A DNA stretch of 64,000 nt from Rubrivivax sp. (GTDB lineage Bacteria; Pseudomonadota; Gammaproteobacteria; Burkholderiales; Burkholderiaceae_C): positions 275,879 through 339,878 of the forward strand of contig JBGAGI010000007.1 of the NCBI GenBank assembly GCA_044226775.1. Reading direction: 5' to 3'. The translations under genes and the position numbers were made by a program. Below, in pieces: positions 39,601-44,791 of this stretch (the first letter of the stretch is position 1; every line of letters begins with the position of its first letter). The notes beneath the pieces are model-generated. The model did no database searches, was not told the origin of the DNA, and saw only the letters and a list, made by a program, of their open reading frames with translations.

Positions 39601-42176
39601 TCACGCTGGCCGGCGACGACGCGGGCAACTACACGCTGCGCTCGGACACGGCCACGGTCAGCGGCAGCATCACGCAGCGGCCGCTGGGCATCACGGGCCT
39701 GAGCGGCATCACCGCGATCGACCGCGTCTACGACGGTGGCACCACCGTGCAGCTGAACGTCGGCACGCTGGGCCCGGTGGCGCTGAACGACTCCGACAAG
39801 ATCATCGGCGACGATGTCTCGCTGGCCGGCATCAGCGGCAACCTGAGCACCGGGACGATGCTCGACAAGAACGCCGGCCAGGCCAAGCCGGTCACCGTCA
39901 GCGGCCTGACGCTGGTGGGCGCCGACGCCGGCAACTACAAGGTCGGCTTCGCCACCGGCGTGACCGTCGACATCACGCCGCTGGCGCTGACCGCCAGCTA
40001 CGCCGGCCTCGCGAAGGTCTACGACGGCCTGACCGGCATCGCGATCCGCGGCTCCAGCACGCAGGTGCTGGCGCAGGACGACGTGAGCATCGCCGGCACC
40101 GGCGTGTTCACCGGCGCCGGCGCGAAGAACGTGGGCACCGGCAAGACGGTGCAGATCGAGACCATGGCGCTGGGCGGTGCCGACGCCCGCAACTACCTGC
40201 TGACCAACCCGAGCGGCACGACCGTCGGCGACATCACGCCGCGCCTGCTGGCGCCCAGCTACACCGGCGGCTCGCGCGCCTACGACGGCAACGTGCTCGC
40301 CCCGGTGACGCTGGCCGATATCGGCCTGGTCGCGGGCGACGCGGTCAGCCTCACGCAGAACGCGCTCTTCACCGGCGCGGGCGCGAAGAACGTCGGCAGC
40401 AACAAGACCGTGTCGATCACCGGCATTGCGCTTTCCGGCGACGACGCCGGCAACTACCGGCTGCTGACCGACACGGCCACGGCCACCGCGAGCATCACGC
40501 CGCGGGCGGTGAACGTCACGGGCCTGGGCAACATCCAGGCCGTCAACCGCGTCTACGACGGCACGCGCGATGTGGAGATCAGGGTCACCGGCGCCACCGG
40601 CAGCGGCTCGACAACCGACTTCATCACCGGCGACGATGTCGCGCTGGTCGTGCCTTCGGGCGGGCTCGGCGGCGGGCTGATGGTCGACAAGAACGCCGGC
40701 CAGGGCAAGTCGGTCGCGGTCTCCGGCCTCACGCTGAGCGGCGCCGACAAGGACAACTACGCCATCACCGGCACCGCCGGCGTGACGGTCGACATCGCGC
40801 CGCGCGCCGTGACGGTGGCCGGCCTGGCGGCCATCGACCGCAGCTACGACGGCAGCACCACCGTGGCGCTGGACACGCGCAACGGCAGCCTTGCCGGCAT
40901 GCTCGGCACCGACGACCTGCGCCTGGCCTCGGTGGGCTCCACCGGCACGATGGCCGACAAGCACGTGGGCAACGGCAAGGCGGTGACGGTGTCGGGCATC
41001 GCGCTGGGCGGTGCCGACGCCGGCAACTACGTCGCCAGCGGCAGCGCCACGCTGAGCGTGAACATCGCCCCGCGCGCGCTGACCGCCAGCGCCACGGCCG
41101 ACAAGGTCTACGACGGCACGACCACCGCCAACCCGCTGCTCAGCGGCGTGGCGGCCTACGCCGGCGACGACCTGCGCATCACCTACGGCAGCGCCAGCTT
41201 CGCCGACAAGAACGCCGGCAGCGGCAAGACGGTCACGATCGACGGCCTGGCCCTGGCCGGCGCCGACGCCGGCGACTACCGGCTCGTCTCCGGCAGCACG
41301 CTCACCACCACCGCGACCATCGCCCGCGCGCCGCTGACGATCACCGCCGCCAGCCTGAGCAAGGTCTACGGGGAGACGCTCGCCTTCGGCGGCACCGAGT
41401 TCAGCGCCACCGGCCTGGTGGCCGGCGAGCGCATCGGGCAGGTCGCGCTGGCGAGCGCTGGCGGCGCCAGCGGCGCGGACGCCGGTGCCTACGCGCTCGC
41501 AGCGAGTGGCGCCAGCGGCGGCAGCTTCGACCCGGCGAACTACACGCTGGCCTACAACAACGGCGTGCTGACGGTGACGCCGCGGCCGGTCTACGTCACC
41601 GGCAAGATCGTCACCCGCATCGTCGGCGAGAAGGTGCCGGACGACTTCATCGGCAGCGTCGGCACCCAGGGCTACACGGTGGCCGCCGGCGGCCTGCTGG
41701 GCAGCGATGCGCTGGCCGGGGCGCTCATCACGCCCTCGGTGCCCGATGTCTCCAAGGCCGAGGCCGGCGCGCTGATCGCGCTCGTGCCCTCGAACGCCAG
41801 CTTCGCCTCCGGCAAGGCCTCGAACTACCGGCTGGAATACGCCAGCGGCCTGCTCGTCGTGCTGCCGGCGCCGGAGGCTGCCGCCAGCGAGGCCGGCAAC
41901 GGCGGCGGCGGCATCGACCCGGAGCAGTTCGGCCTCAACGGTGTCGACCAGGCGGCGGCGCAGGTGGTGCAGGAGCGTGTCCGCGCCTTCGTGGCGCAGC
42001 GTACGCCGGCGCTGGCGCTGGAACGCCTGCGCGACGCTGGCCTGGAGGACGCGACGCCGGGCGACCTGGCCGCACTGCTGTCGGGCGATCCGCAGCAGAT
42101 CACCGCGCTGCTGCTGCGCCGGCTGCCGCTGCTGTCGGTCGCGCCGGCGCTGCGCGGCGCCCGCCCTGCCCGCTGA
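27612..42176 (+). CDS. Giant TpsA adhesin-like exoprotein (TPS domain, GLUG repeats, about 26 YDG repeats, MBG-like domains, helical C-tail), 4854 aa
   Basis: Signal peptide ending ALA-Q; TPS domain LPTG...WQSFNIG...LNRV...NGQVFLTNPNG; dozens of GGLVG repeats (about 29.56-34.0 kb); xxYDG units (34.25-41.3 kb); APLTITA..KVYG; directly follows tpsB. Confidence 0.93.
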   Translation: MPTRHHAASPAARRPAGPGSSRGRRRRSPQHRPRISRLLAWLLAAWLGGGSSWALAQVAPGALPTGAQVRVGSAQLQQGGNQLVIQQNSAKLGLDWQSFNIGASATVEFRQPGASSIALNRVLGNSGTEIYGQLKANGQVFLTNPNGVLFAPGARVDVGGLVASTLDLSQQDFADGRYTFTAGTMATGSVVNRGTLRASAGGYLALFAQQVNNEGDIAVDSGAVMLASGRAATVSISGSGLLSAVVTQGAVPGRVDNSGRIAADGGVVTLSAKSAEGIAASLVNNSGIVRANGIVERGGEVWITGDEVKLAGTVSADATGRGDGGRINVLGDAKRGRVLLTGELHAQAAGDGQGGFVETSAAHVQVADSGRVATRGAGGGAAGTWLIDPVDYTIAASGGDITGAVLSANLGNGNVVVQSSAGQQGTAGNVVVNDTVSWSANRLTLNAFANVNINASLVGSGTATLALEYGQGAVATGNAATFTVGSSASVSLPAGSSFSTKLGSNGNTTPYTVINTLAALRLVDGNSTALATNYALGADIDASDTATTAFSPIGNEATSATGAANSFSGRFDGLGHSIANLTVNAPSAQAVGLFGNTNNAVIRNLSITGTSAVTGALYVGAVVGAGNGTTSLDNVHSLARVTGTNATNGDVGGLVGYTATGTIGNSSVGRGVAPVQVSGGQYVGGLVGFQGSGALSNDDANVAITGSSIYAGGLAGRTGGATSNGTSAGSVATSGNAWIGGLIGRAEGSGDITGSSSSASVTTTNTGTYAGGLIGGLYGGSVSASSASGNVSGGNRTGGLVGDFSTSAGAIVTGGQASGDVAGSTDVGGLVGYASGNGRIVSSSATGNVSNAGSNGRVGGAVGYFVLSGASPIVGLGASGNATGGSIAGGVIGQLDTNVALSPANLSSNAPASGTKTVSAASWAGGLVGYLNAAGAVSGYSGASALTVNVSTTGGGGAAGGMLGRSVGPVSASAGSGTVTAANGSAGGLVGQADGNVVFDGLSFTGSVSSGTTSGSVGGLFGSITGTGATLTNGTVGTAGSPVTVSNGSFTGGLVGSSSAASVSGTAYVTITGNGSYLGGIVGRSGGAVSASTATGTLTSASTGYVGGLVGRAENASGGSDLISGSTANMTVTVSSTGAYVGGLVGSSSNVGISGSTATGTVSGGARTGGLVGDFFSNAQTPLNIDSSTASGNVSGASDTGGLVGYSSGNGAISGSGATGNVNGTTSNGSIGGALGYSALSGGFTGLTAQGNVAGGDTGGGVIGTLAANLVLAPANLRSVAPASGTKTVSSSSVAGGLIGNSQSSQLISGFTGSNAMSADVSATASGGTAGGLLGISRGPVANSTSSSAVSGQTAGGLVGNASTSIAGTLTDVSASGSVTGTGSGGSIGGLVGVVSGSLSIAHGTASGVVSNGGIAGGLVGSFSGSGSIVANGSGEISQAGGAVSGRTQAGGLVGDAGGSGSITGALATGRVAGSASGGDLGGLVGRFRMSGGIGGSEARGNVTGDLSSNAGGLVGRVDDGAGDITASRSTASAVSGGIAGGFIGSVTVYDGFSIIDGHARADVAGDSYVGGLVGYLGGGSPSNAAGVLRDVSASGRVTGTNYVGGLVGSLQGRSIVNGQATGPVVGTSSLGQNVLYIGGLVGEFNSGYWGTAQTISGASSASGSVTSDSYYSYAGGLVGYMNGQTALSNVSASGAVTQLDTISGGTSSSSHYAGGLVGLASGIIGIDHGSTGPGSNVTGRGVSGGLVGYFASSSSPTLAFAYGGSITGSTVSGVTVTGFDGVGGLVGQFSSNSGNINNSSALLVAVRSAGTGASYLGGLAGSASLGTNAFRVSATGSVSGVAQYAGGLFGELSSGGIETSSANVTISGAVQLAGGLVGRAVPSIANAWIRDSSAAGDVSSTRSSAFAGGLVGQYSNSSGYGSIVNSSASGDVTLSGNTSTGGGLVGNYSSSTARASDDINGSFASGDVTTTQIGGGLVGQFTGVRGIVLSGATGNVTLTTLDGVQAGGLAGIFQALTSGTATGLIDRSYASGNVAGTPGKVLGNFATATAGGLVGLLRTPLATTVAISDAYATGSVTLASSSTSNSSTIVEGGLVGESQGSILRGYATGAVSGSGAVTVTAGGLVGRLTNGRSTATATASLWAADSTGRSTSAGGGTASTLAAMRQAATFTAAGWPSISSAFSSGTTWRVYEGLTTPLLADLLKPLNLTLSDASKVYDGTTSFGNATLPGVQNPDKLFITSPSPNVGSYGFTAASVFSNQQGYNIGSISGSGTLSITPRALTLAGTVADKVYDATRDATFKPGAQPLGLVAGEDLVLDTSTALAAFDTKNVGSAKAVTITGVTLANGTRGLASNYSLSTTGATATVTPATLNAGGFSAVDRVYNGSTLVQVNATSGTLDGVLGTDQVSVDLSGVTSGTMANKNVGNAKTVTVSGIALGGADAGNYLLAGSSNVTVNITPRTLTVDGLAPPSRTYDSATDVYTPANGATLNGLITGDVVGLADSYFYGTIADKNVGTAKPVTYGAGVIRLRGVDAANYTPQAGATAVDVTPAQVGIGVNFQNGSNTKVYDGSAAAPFVITSVFKYAGDDLTLSTSTPSFADKNVAYDSNGNVVSRQITIAGGVLSGADAGNYQLQSTTRTTSGTITPRPLAVTGVSATPRAYDGTANVEVNLANVSVDTTVVVPNDDVAVQLPGSSTVTGTIPNKNAGNNRPVTVPGLALTGADRRNYTLTGTNGVTVNIAQRDVTAVYTGLSRPYDGGTSAWVSAAEAPGTEFIANDNIVFSTNYIPSSPCYLTCGFFPGTGTAPRSAGTGKAFTINSVYLVGTDAANYRLTNPSGSGTATVTPKDITAAFTGTSKVYDGSASADGAVGLNKGNSGIFSFDNVTSTQSAVFTDAVPKNVGTNKPVAISGIVLGGTEAGNYRLLTTTASATAGVTAKPVTVSGISAIDRNYDGTTAVQLNVGALGSAGFVQNDVVSVVPPTGNAGTIADKNAGNAKPVTVTGLALTGADAANYRIDAAASGITVNIAKRPLTATYTGVARPYDGSTLATVTAASADIVVGDTVSFTQTAQFTGPDARNTGTAKPVAVTGIAIDSGSQANYALQNTTASTTADITARGVTVTFTGVSRVYNGADDHSISVNGTSSDDVFRVDAVQITQQAVLAGDGNAGTGKAVNVSGIALSGPGASNYTLANTTATTTATILPRPIGVTGITATSRAYDGTDVVAVNLSNATLDRSAILGTDALTLVTPGGSSTGTLHAGKNAGLGKVVDVSGLLLSGASAANYTVAGASGLTVDITPKPVSATYRAADKTYDGSANAAITAQSAGFEAVDVGAVGISASGSFSDKNAASGKTVSVLAGFLTGVERGNYSLLNPTGQTTATISPKLLTAAYTGGSRVYDQGVSAPVTAQRTGVIAGDDLSFTQTAVFTGANAKNAGSNKAIAITGIALAGADAGNYRLQATTASATGTVTPKDLTVSGLTNVTATNRVYDGTPTVEVTIPSGSVITPNSADIISGDDVSISVPVAGVTTGTMRDKNVGTDKPLTITGLSLSGTDKDNYQIVGAAGVTVNISPLAISASYAGISRAYDGSVNASVRGSSAGILGGDSLTISGSGVFTGAGAKNVGTGKAIDVRSASLSGVDARNYTLTNPSGAATGDVTPLFLTASYSGGTRVYDGGTAAPVTGSAGFVGGDDIRLVQNAVFTGATARDAGTNKAISVTGITLAGTDAANYRLNNASATTSGTVTPKPIRIDGLTGVSAHDRVYDGTRDVVVDVLSNGTITVNTADIVPGDLVDVAVPQTGTTTGRMADKNVGVGKAVTVTGLGLSGTDAHNYTINVANGVTVNISPLALTATYGGVARIYDGGTTASVTGSASGIVVGDALTITGSGVFTGAGAKNAGTAKPIEVLSAQLGGTDARNYTLVNTTGSASGDILRRQLGVTYADVTRVYDGTVLAPVTGTLDATDFIAGDKVTLSQSAVFTGTGAKNVGSGKAVSISGITLAGDDAGNYTLRSDTATVSGSITQRPLGITGLSGITAIDRVYDGGTTVQLNVGTLGPVALNDSDKIIGDDVSLAGISGNLSTGTMLDKNAGQAKPVTVSGLTLVGADAGNYKVGFATGVTVDITPLALTASYAGLAKVYDGLTGIAIRGSSTQVLAQDDVSIAGTGVFTGAGAKNVGTGKTVQIETMALGGADARNYLLTNPSGTTVGDITPRLLAPSYTGGSRAYDGNVLAPVTLADIGLVAGDAVSLTQNALFTGAGAKNVGSNKTVSITGIALSGDDAGNYRLLTDTATATASITPRAVNVTGLGNIQAVNRVYDGTRDVEIRVTGATGSGSTTDFITGDDVALVVPSGGLGGGLMVDKNAGQGKSVAVSGLTLSGADKDNYAITGTAGVTVDIAPRAVTVAGLAAIDRSYDGSTTVALDTRNGSLAGMLGTDDLRLASVGSTGTMADKHVGNGKAVTVSGIALGGADAGNYVASGSATLSVNIAPRALTASATADKVYDGTTTANPLLSGVAAYAGDDLRITYGSASFADKNAGSGKTVTIDGLALAGADAGDYRLVSGSTLTTTATIARAPLTITAASLSKVYGETLAFGGTEFSATGLVAGERIGQVALASAGGASGADAGAYALAASGASGGSFDPANYTLAYNNGVLTVTPRPVYVTGKIVTRIVGEKVPDDFIGSVGTQGYTVAAGGLLGSDALAGALITPSVPDVSKAEAGALIALVPSNASFASGKASNYRLEYASGLLVVLPAPEAAASEAGNGGGGIDPEQFGLNGVDQAAAQVVQERVRAFVAQRTPALALERLRDAGLEDATPGDLAALLSGDPQQITALLLRRLPLLSVAPALRGARPAR
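29560..34000 (+). repeat. GLUG-type (GGLVG) peptide repeat region of TpsA
   Basis: Recurrent ggcggcctggtgggc / GGLVG every 25-35 aa; includes a 371-aa internal duplication (PASGTKTVS at 30342 and 31455). Confidence 0.9.
34255..41330 (+). repeat. YDG-type domain repeat region of TpsA
   Basis: About 26 units of about 90 aa, each with (K/R)xYDG...KNxG.xK...L.G.DA.NY. Confidence 0.9.
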
Positions 42177-42218
42177 GATATCCCCGAGAAGAACGACAAC
42201 CCCTTCGCACGCCATCCG

Positions 42219-43571
42219 ATGACCCCCAAGCACAAGCACACGATGCGCCGGCGGCGCGCCCGCACGGTGGCCGCCGCGGCGGCGGCCGCCTTTGCGCTGA
42301 TGGCCGCCACGGCGGCCCGGGCCGCGCCGCTGGACGACATCCGCCGCCAGGTCGAGGCCAGCCAGTTCGAGCAGGCCTGGGCCACCGCGCAGGCCAACCC
42401 GCAGCTGATCGGCGACGTGCACTTCGACTTCCCCTACGGCGTGGCCGCCATCGCCACCGGGCGCGTGGCCGAGGGCCTGCTCGCGCTGGAGCGCCACCTC
42501 GCCGCGGTGCCGGCGAACGACCGCGCGCGGCTGGAGCTGGCGCGCGGCTACTTCCTGCTCGGCGAGTACGCGCGCGCCCGCGCCGAGTTCGAGTTCGTGC
42601 TGCGCTACAACCCGCCGGCCGGCGTGCGGGCGAACATCGAGAGCTACCTGCTGGCGATGCAGTCGCGCGAAGGCGCGACGCGGCGCAGCGCGGCGCGGCT
42701 GTACGTGGAGGCCGGCGCCGCGCACGACAACAACGTGAACCTCGGCACCTTCCACGACGTGGTGGCGCTGGACACCGCCACGTTCAGCCTCGAGGGCAGC
42801 CCCTCGCGCCAGATGAGCGACGATCAGGCCCTGCTGGCGCTGGGCGGCGAGCGCAGCTTCCGCGTCACCGCGCGCACCTCGGTCTTCGCCGGCGCCGATG
42901 TCGACCACCGCGAGAACTCGCGCCTGAAGCAGTTCAACCTGACGAACGCGAACGGCTACATCGGCTTCTCGCAGATCGCGGGCAACGCGCTGTGGCGCAC
43001 CAGCCTGGGCGGCGGCGAGATGATGGTCGGCGGCAACCGCTACCGCGACACGCGGTCGGTGGACACCGAGGCCGAGTTCACGCTGCGCGCGAACTTCTCG
43101 GTCTCGGTCTTCGGGCGCTACGCCGAGATCCGCCACGCGCAGGCCGACGAGATCCGCGACAACAACGCCAGCACGCTGGGCAGCAGCTTCACCTGGCGCC
43201 CCGGCGACACGCCCGGCACCGCCAGCCTGGGCCTGCGCGTGAGCTACATGCACGAGGGCTCGACCACCGCGCGGCCCTACCTCGCGCACGACAGCAGCTT
43301 CGTGCGCGTGTTCGCCTCGATGGCCCCGATCGACCGCCTCTTCGTCAGCGGTGGCCTGAGCGCGCGCCAGGACCGCTACGGCCAGGCCGACCCCACGTTC
43401 AAACAGCGCCGCCGCGACGACTGGATCAACGCCGACCTGCTGATGGCCTGGACCCTGGGCGCCGGCTGGTCGCTGCGCGGCGAGGCGCTGTGGACCATCA
43501 ACCGCTCGAACATCGACCTGTTCGACTACGGGCACAAGATGGCCTCGCTGAAGCTGCGCTACCAGTACTGA
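42219..43571 (+). CDS. TPR + outer-membrane beta-barrel protein, Slam/DUF560-like, 450 aa
   Basis: Signal peptide; TPRs (DFPYGVAAIATG, RARLELARGYF..GEY..ARAEFE.VL..NPP..V..NI..YL); barrel starting GAAHDNNVN with alternating aromatic strands and terminal LRYQY. Confidence 0.75.
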   Translation: MTPKHKHTMRRRRARTVAAAAAAAFALMAATAARAAPLDDIRRQVEASQFEQAWATAQANPQLIGDVHFDFPYGVAAIATGRVAEGLLALERHLAAVPANDRARLELARGYFLLGEYARARAEFEFVLRYNPPAGVRANIESYLLAMQSREGATRRSAARLYVEAGAAHDNNVNLGTFHDVVALDTATFSLEGSPSRQMSDDQALLALGGERSFRVTARTSVFAGADVDHRENSRLKQFNLTNANGYIGFSQIAGNALWRTSLGGGEMMVGGNRYRDTRSVDTEAEFTLRANFSVSVFGRYAEIRHAQADEIRDNNASTLGSSFTWRPGDTPGTASLGLRVSYMHEGSTTARPYLAHDSSFVRVFASMAPIDRLFVSGGLSARQDRYGQADPTFKQRRRDDWINADLLMAWTLGAGWSLRGEALWTINRSNIDLFDYGHKMASLKLRYQY

Positions 43572-43615
43572 GCACCGTGAACGACCTGAACGACGACAGC
43601 CGACCGGAGTTGCCG

Positions 43616-44791
43616 ATGACCGCTCGATCGAACCCGCCCGCGCCCCGCACGCTGCTGGCCGCGCTGGCCCTTGCCGCGCTCGCGCCAGCCACCGCCTGGA
43701 GCCAGGACCGCATCGTGCGCGCCGAAGGCAGCGTGCTGCTCAACGGCCAGCCGGTGGCCGCCGGCGCCGCGCTGGCCGACGGCCGCCTGCAGACCGGCGC
43801 CGACGGCCGGGTGCAGGTGCGCATGGCCAGCGGCGCGCTGATCGTGCTGCCGCCCGACAGCGCCGTGGTGATGCGCGCCGACGTGCCGCGGGCCATCGGC
43901 CTGGCCGCCGGCGGGCTGCGGCTGAGCACCGCGGGCAGCGAATGGCGCGTGGAGCTGCCGGACCGCGACATCCGCACCAACGGCTACCTGAAGCTGCAGC
44001 CCTGCGCCGCCGGCTGCACGCTGCCGCCCGGGCTGTACGGCCGCATCGCGCAGGGCGAGGCGGTGCTCGAGTACCGCGGCGGCCGCTCGGTGCTGCGCGG
44101 CCGCAACTTCCGCTGGGCCGATGCCGGCTCGCGGCCCGAGCTGCTCAGCACCGCGCCGGCGCTGCTGGACGACGCCAGCACGATCGACGCCGCCACGCGC
44201 GCCCGCGCCCAGGTGGCCGTCACGCTGAAGGCCGGCCTGGACGCCTTCGCCGCCGGCGACGACGCCGCGGCGCAGCGTGCGCTCGACATCGTGGCCGCGC
44301 AGTCGCCGGGCGAGCCGCTGGTCTCGTACTACCTCGGCCTGATCGCGCTGAAGCAGGAGCGCAACGCCGAGGCGCTGCGCCTGCTGCAGCAATACGCCCG
44401 CGAAGACCCGGCCGGCGCCGCGCAGCGCGAGGTCGCCAAGACGTTGACGGTGCTGTCGTCCACGCAGCTGCAGCAGGAGGTGGCCACCGCGGTGGCGCGC
44501 GAGCAGCAGGTGGCCGCCACGCCGCCGGAGCCCGGCTCGATCGCCGTGCAGGCCTTCGTCAACCGCGGCAGCGAGAGCTACCGGGCGCTGGCCAAGGGCC
44601 TGGCCGCGATGATCATCGCCGACCTCTCCAAGGTCCCCGGCCTGACGGTGCTGGAGCGCGAGAAGGTGCAAAGCCTGATCGACGAGGCCAAGCTCGGCGA
44701 CGCGGGCCTGGCCGACACCAGCTCGGCGGTGCGCTCGGGCCGGCTGATGCGGGCCGAGAAGGTCGTCGTCGGCAACTTCGAGGTGAAGTGA
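43616..44791 (+). CDS. Secreted FecR-like + TPR protein ending in the N-terminal part of a CsgG/TolB_N-like domain, 391 aa
   Basis: GGAG RBS; signal peptide ending AWS-Q; LQTGADGRVQV..ASG..IVL.PDS (FecR-like); TPR SYYLGLIAL; C-terminal IAVQAF...VLEREKVQSLIDEAKLG...GRLMRAEKVVVGNFEVK*. Confidence 0.75.
   Translation: MTARSNPPAPRTLLAALALAALAPATAWSQDRIVRAEGSVLLNGQPVAAGAALADGRLQTGADGRVQVRMASGALIVLPPDSAVVMRADVPRAIGLAAGGLRLSTAGSEWRVELPDRDIRTNGYLKLQPCAAGCTLPPGLYGRIAQGEAVLEYRGGRSVLRGRNFRWADAGSRPELLSTAPALLDDASTIDAATRARAQVAVTLKAGLDAFAAGDDAAAQRALDIVAAQSPGEPLVSYYLGLIALKQERNAEALRLLQQYAREDPAGAAQREVAKTLTVLSSTQLQQEVATAVAREQQVAATPPEPGSIAVQAFVNRGSESYRALAKGLAAMIIADLSKVPGLTVLEREKVQSLIDEAKLGDAGLADTSSAVRSGRLMRAEKVVVGNFEVK

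Noticed and set aside
27612-42176. CdiA contact-dependent inhibition toxin
   Set aside because: No VENN/ELYN pre-toxin region, no recognisable C-terminal toxin and no small immunity gene; the GLUG/YDG/MBG content fits an adhesin.
32877-43535. 3552-aa minus-strand ORF and other long antisense or alternate-frame ORFs (e.g. 25687-27774, 27567-29519, 50966-52603)
   Set aside because: Shadow ORFs expected from high GC3 bias; Arg/Ala/Gly-rich low-information translations overlapping well-supported genes.
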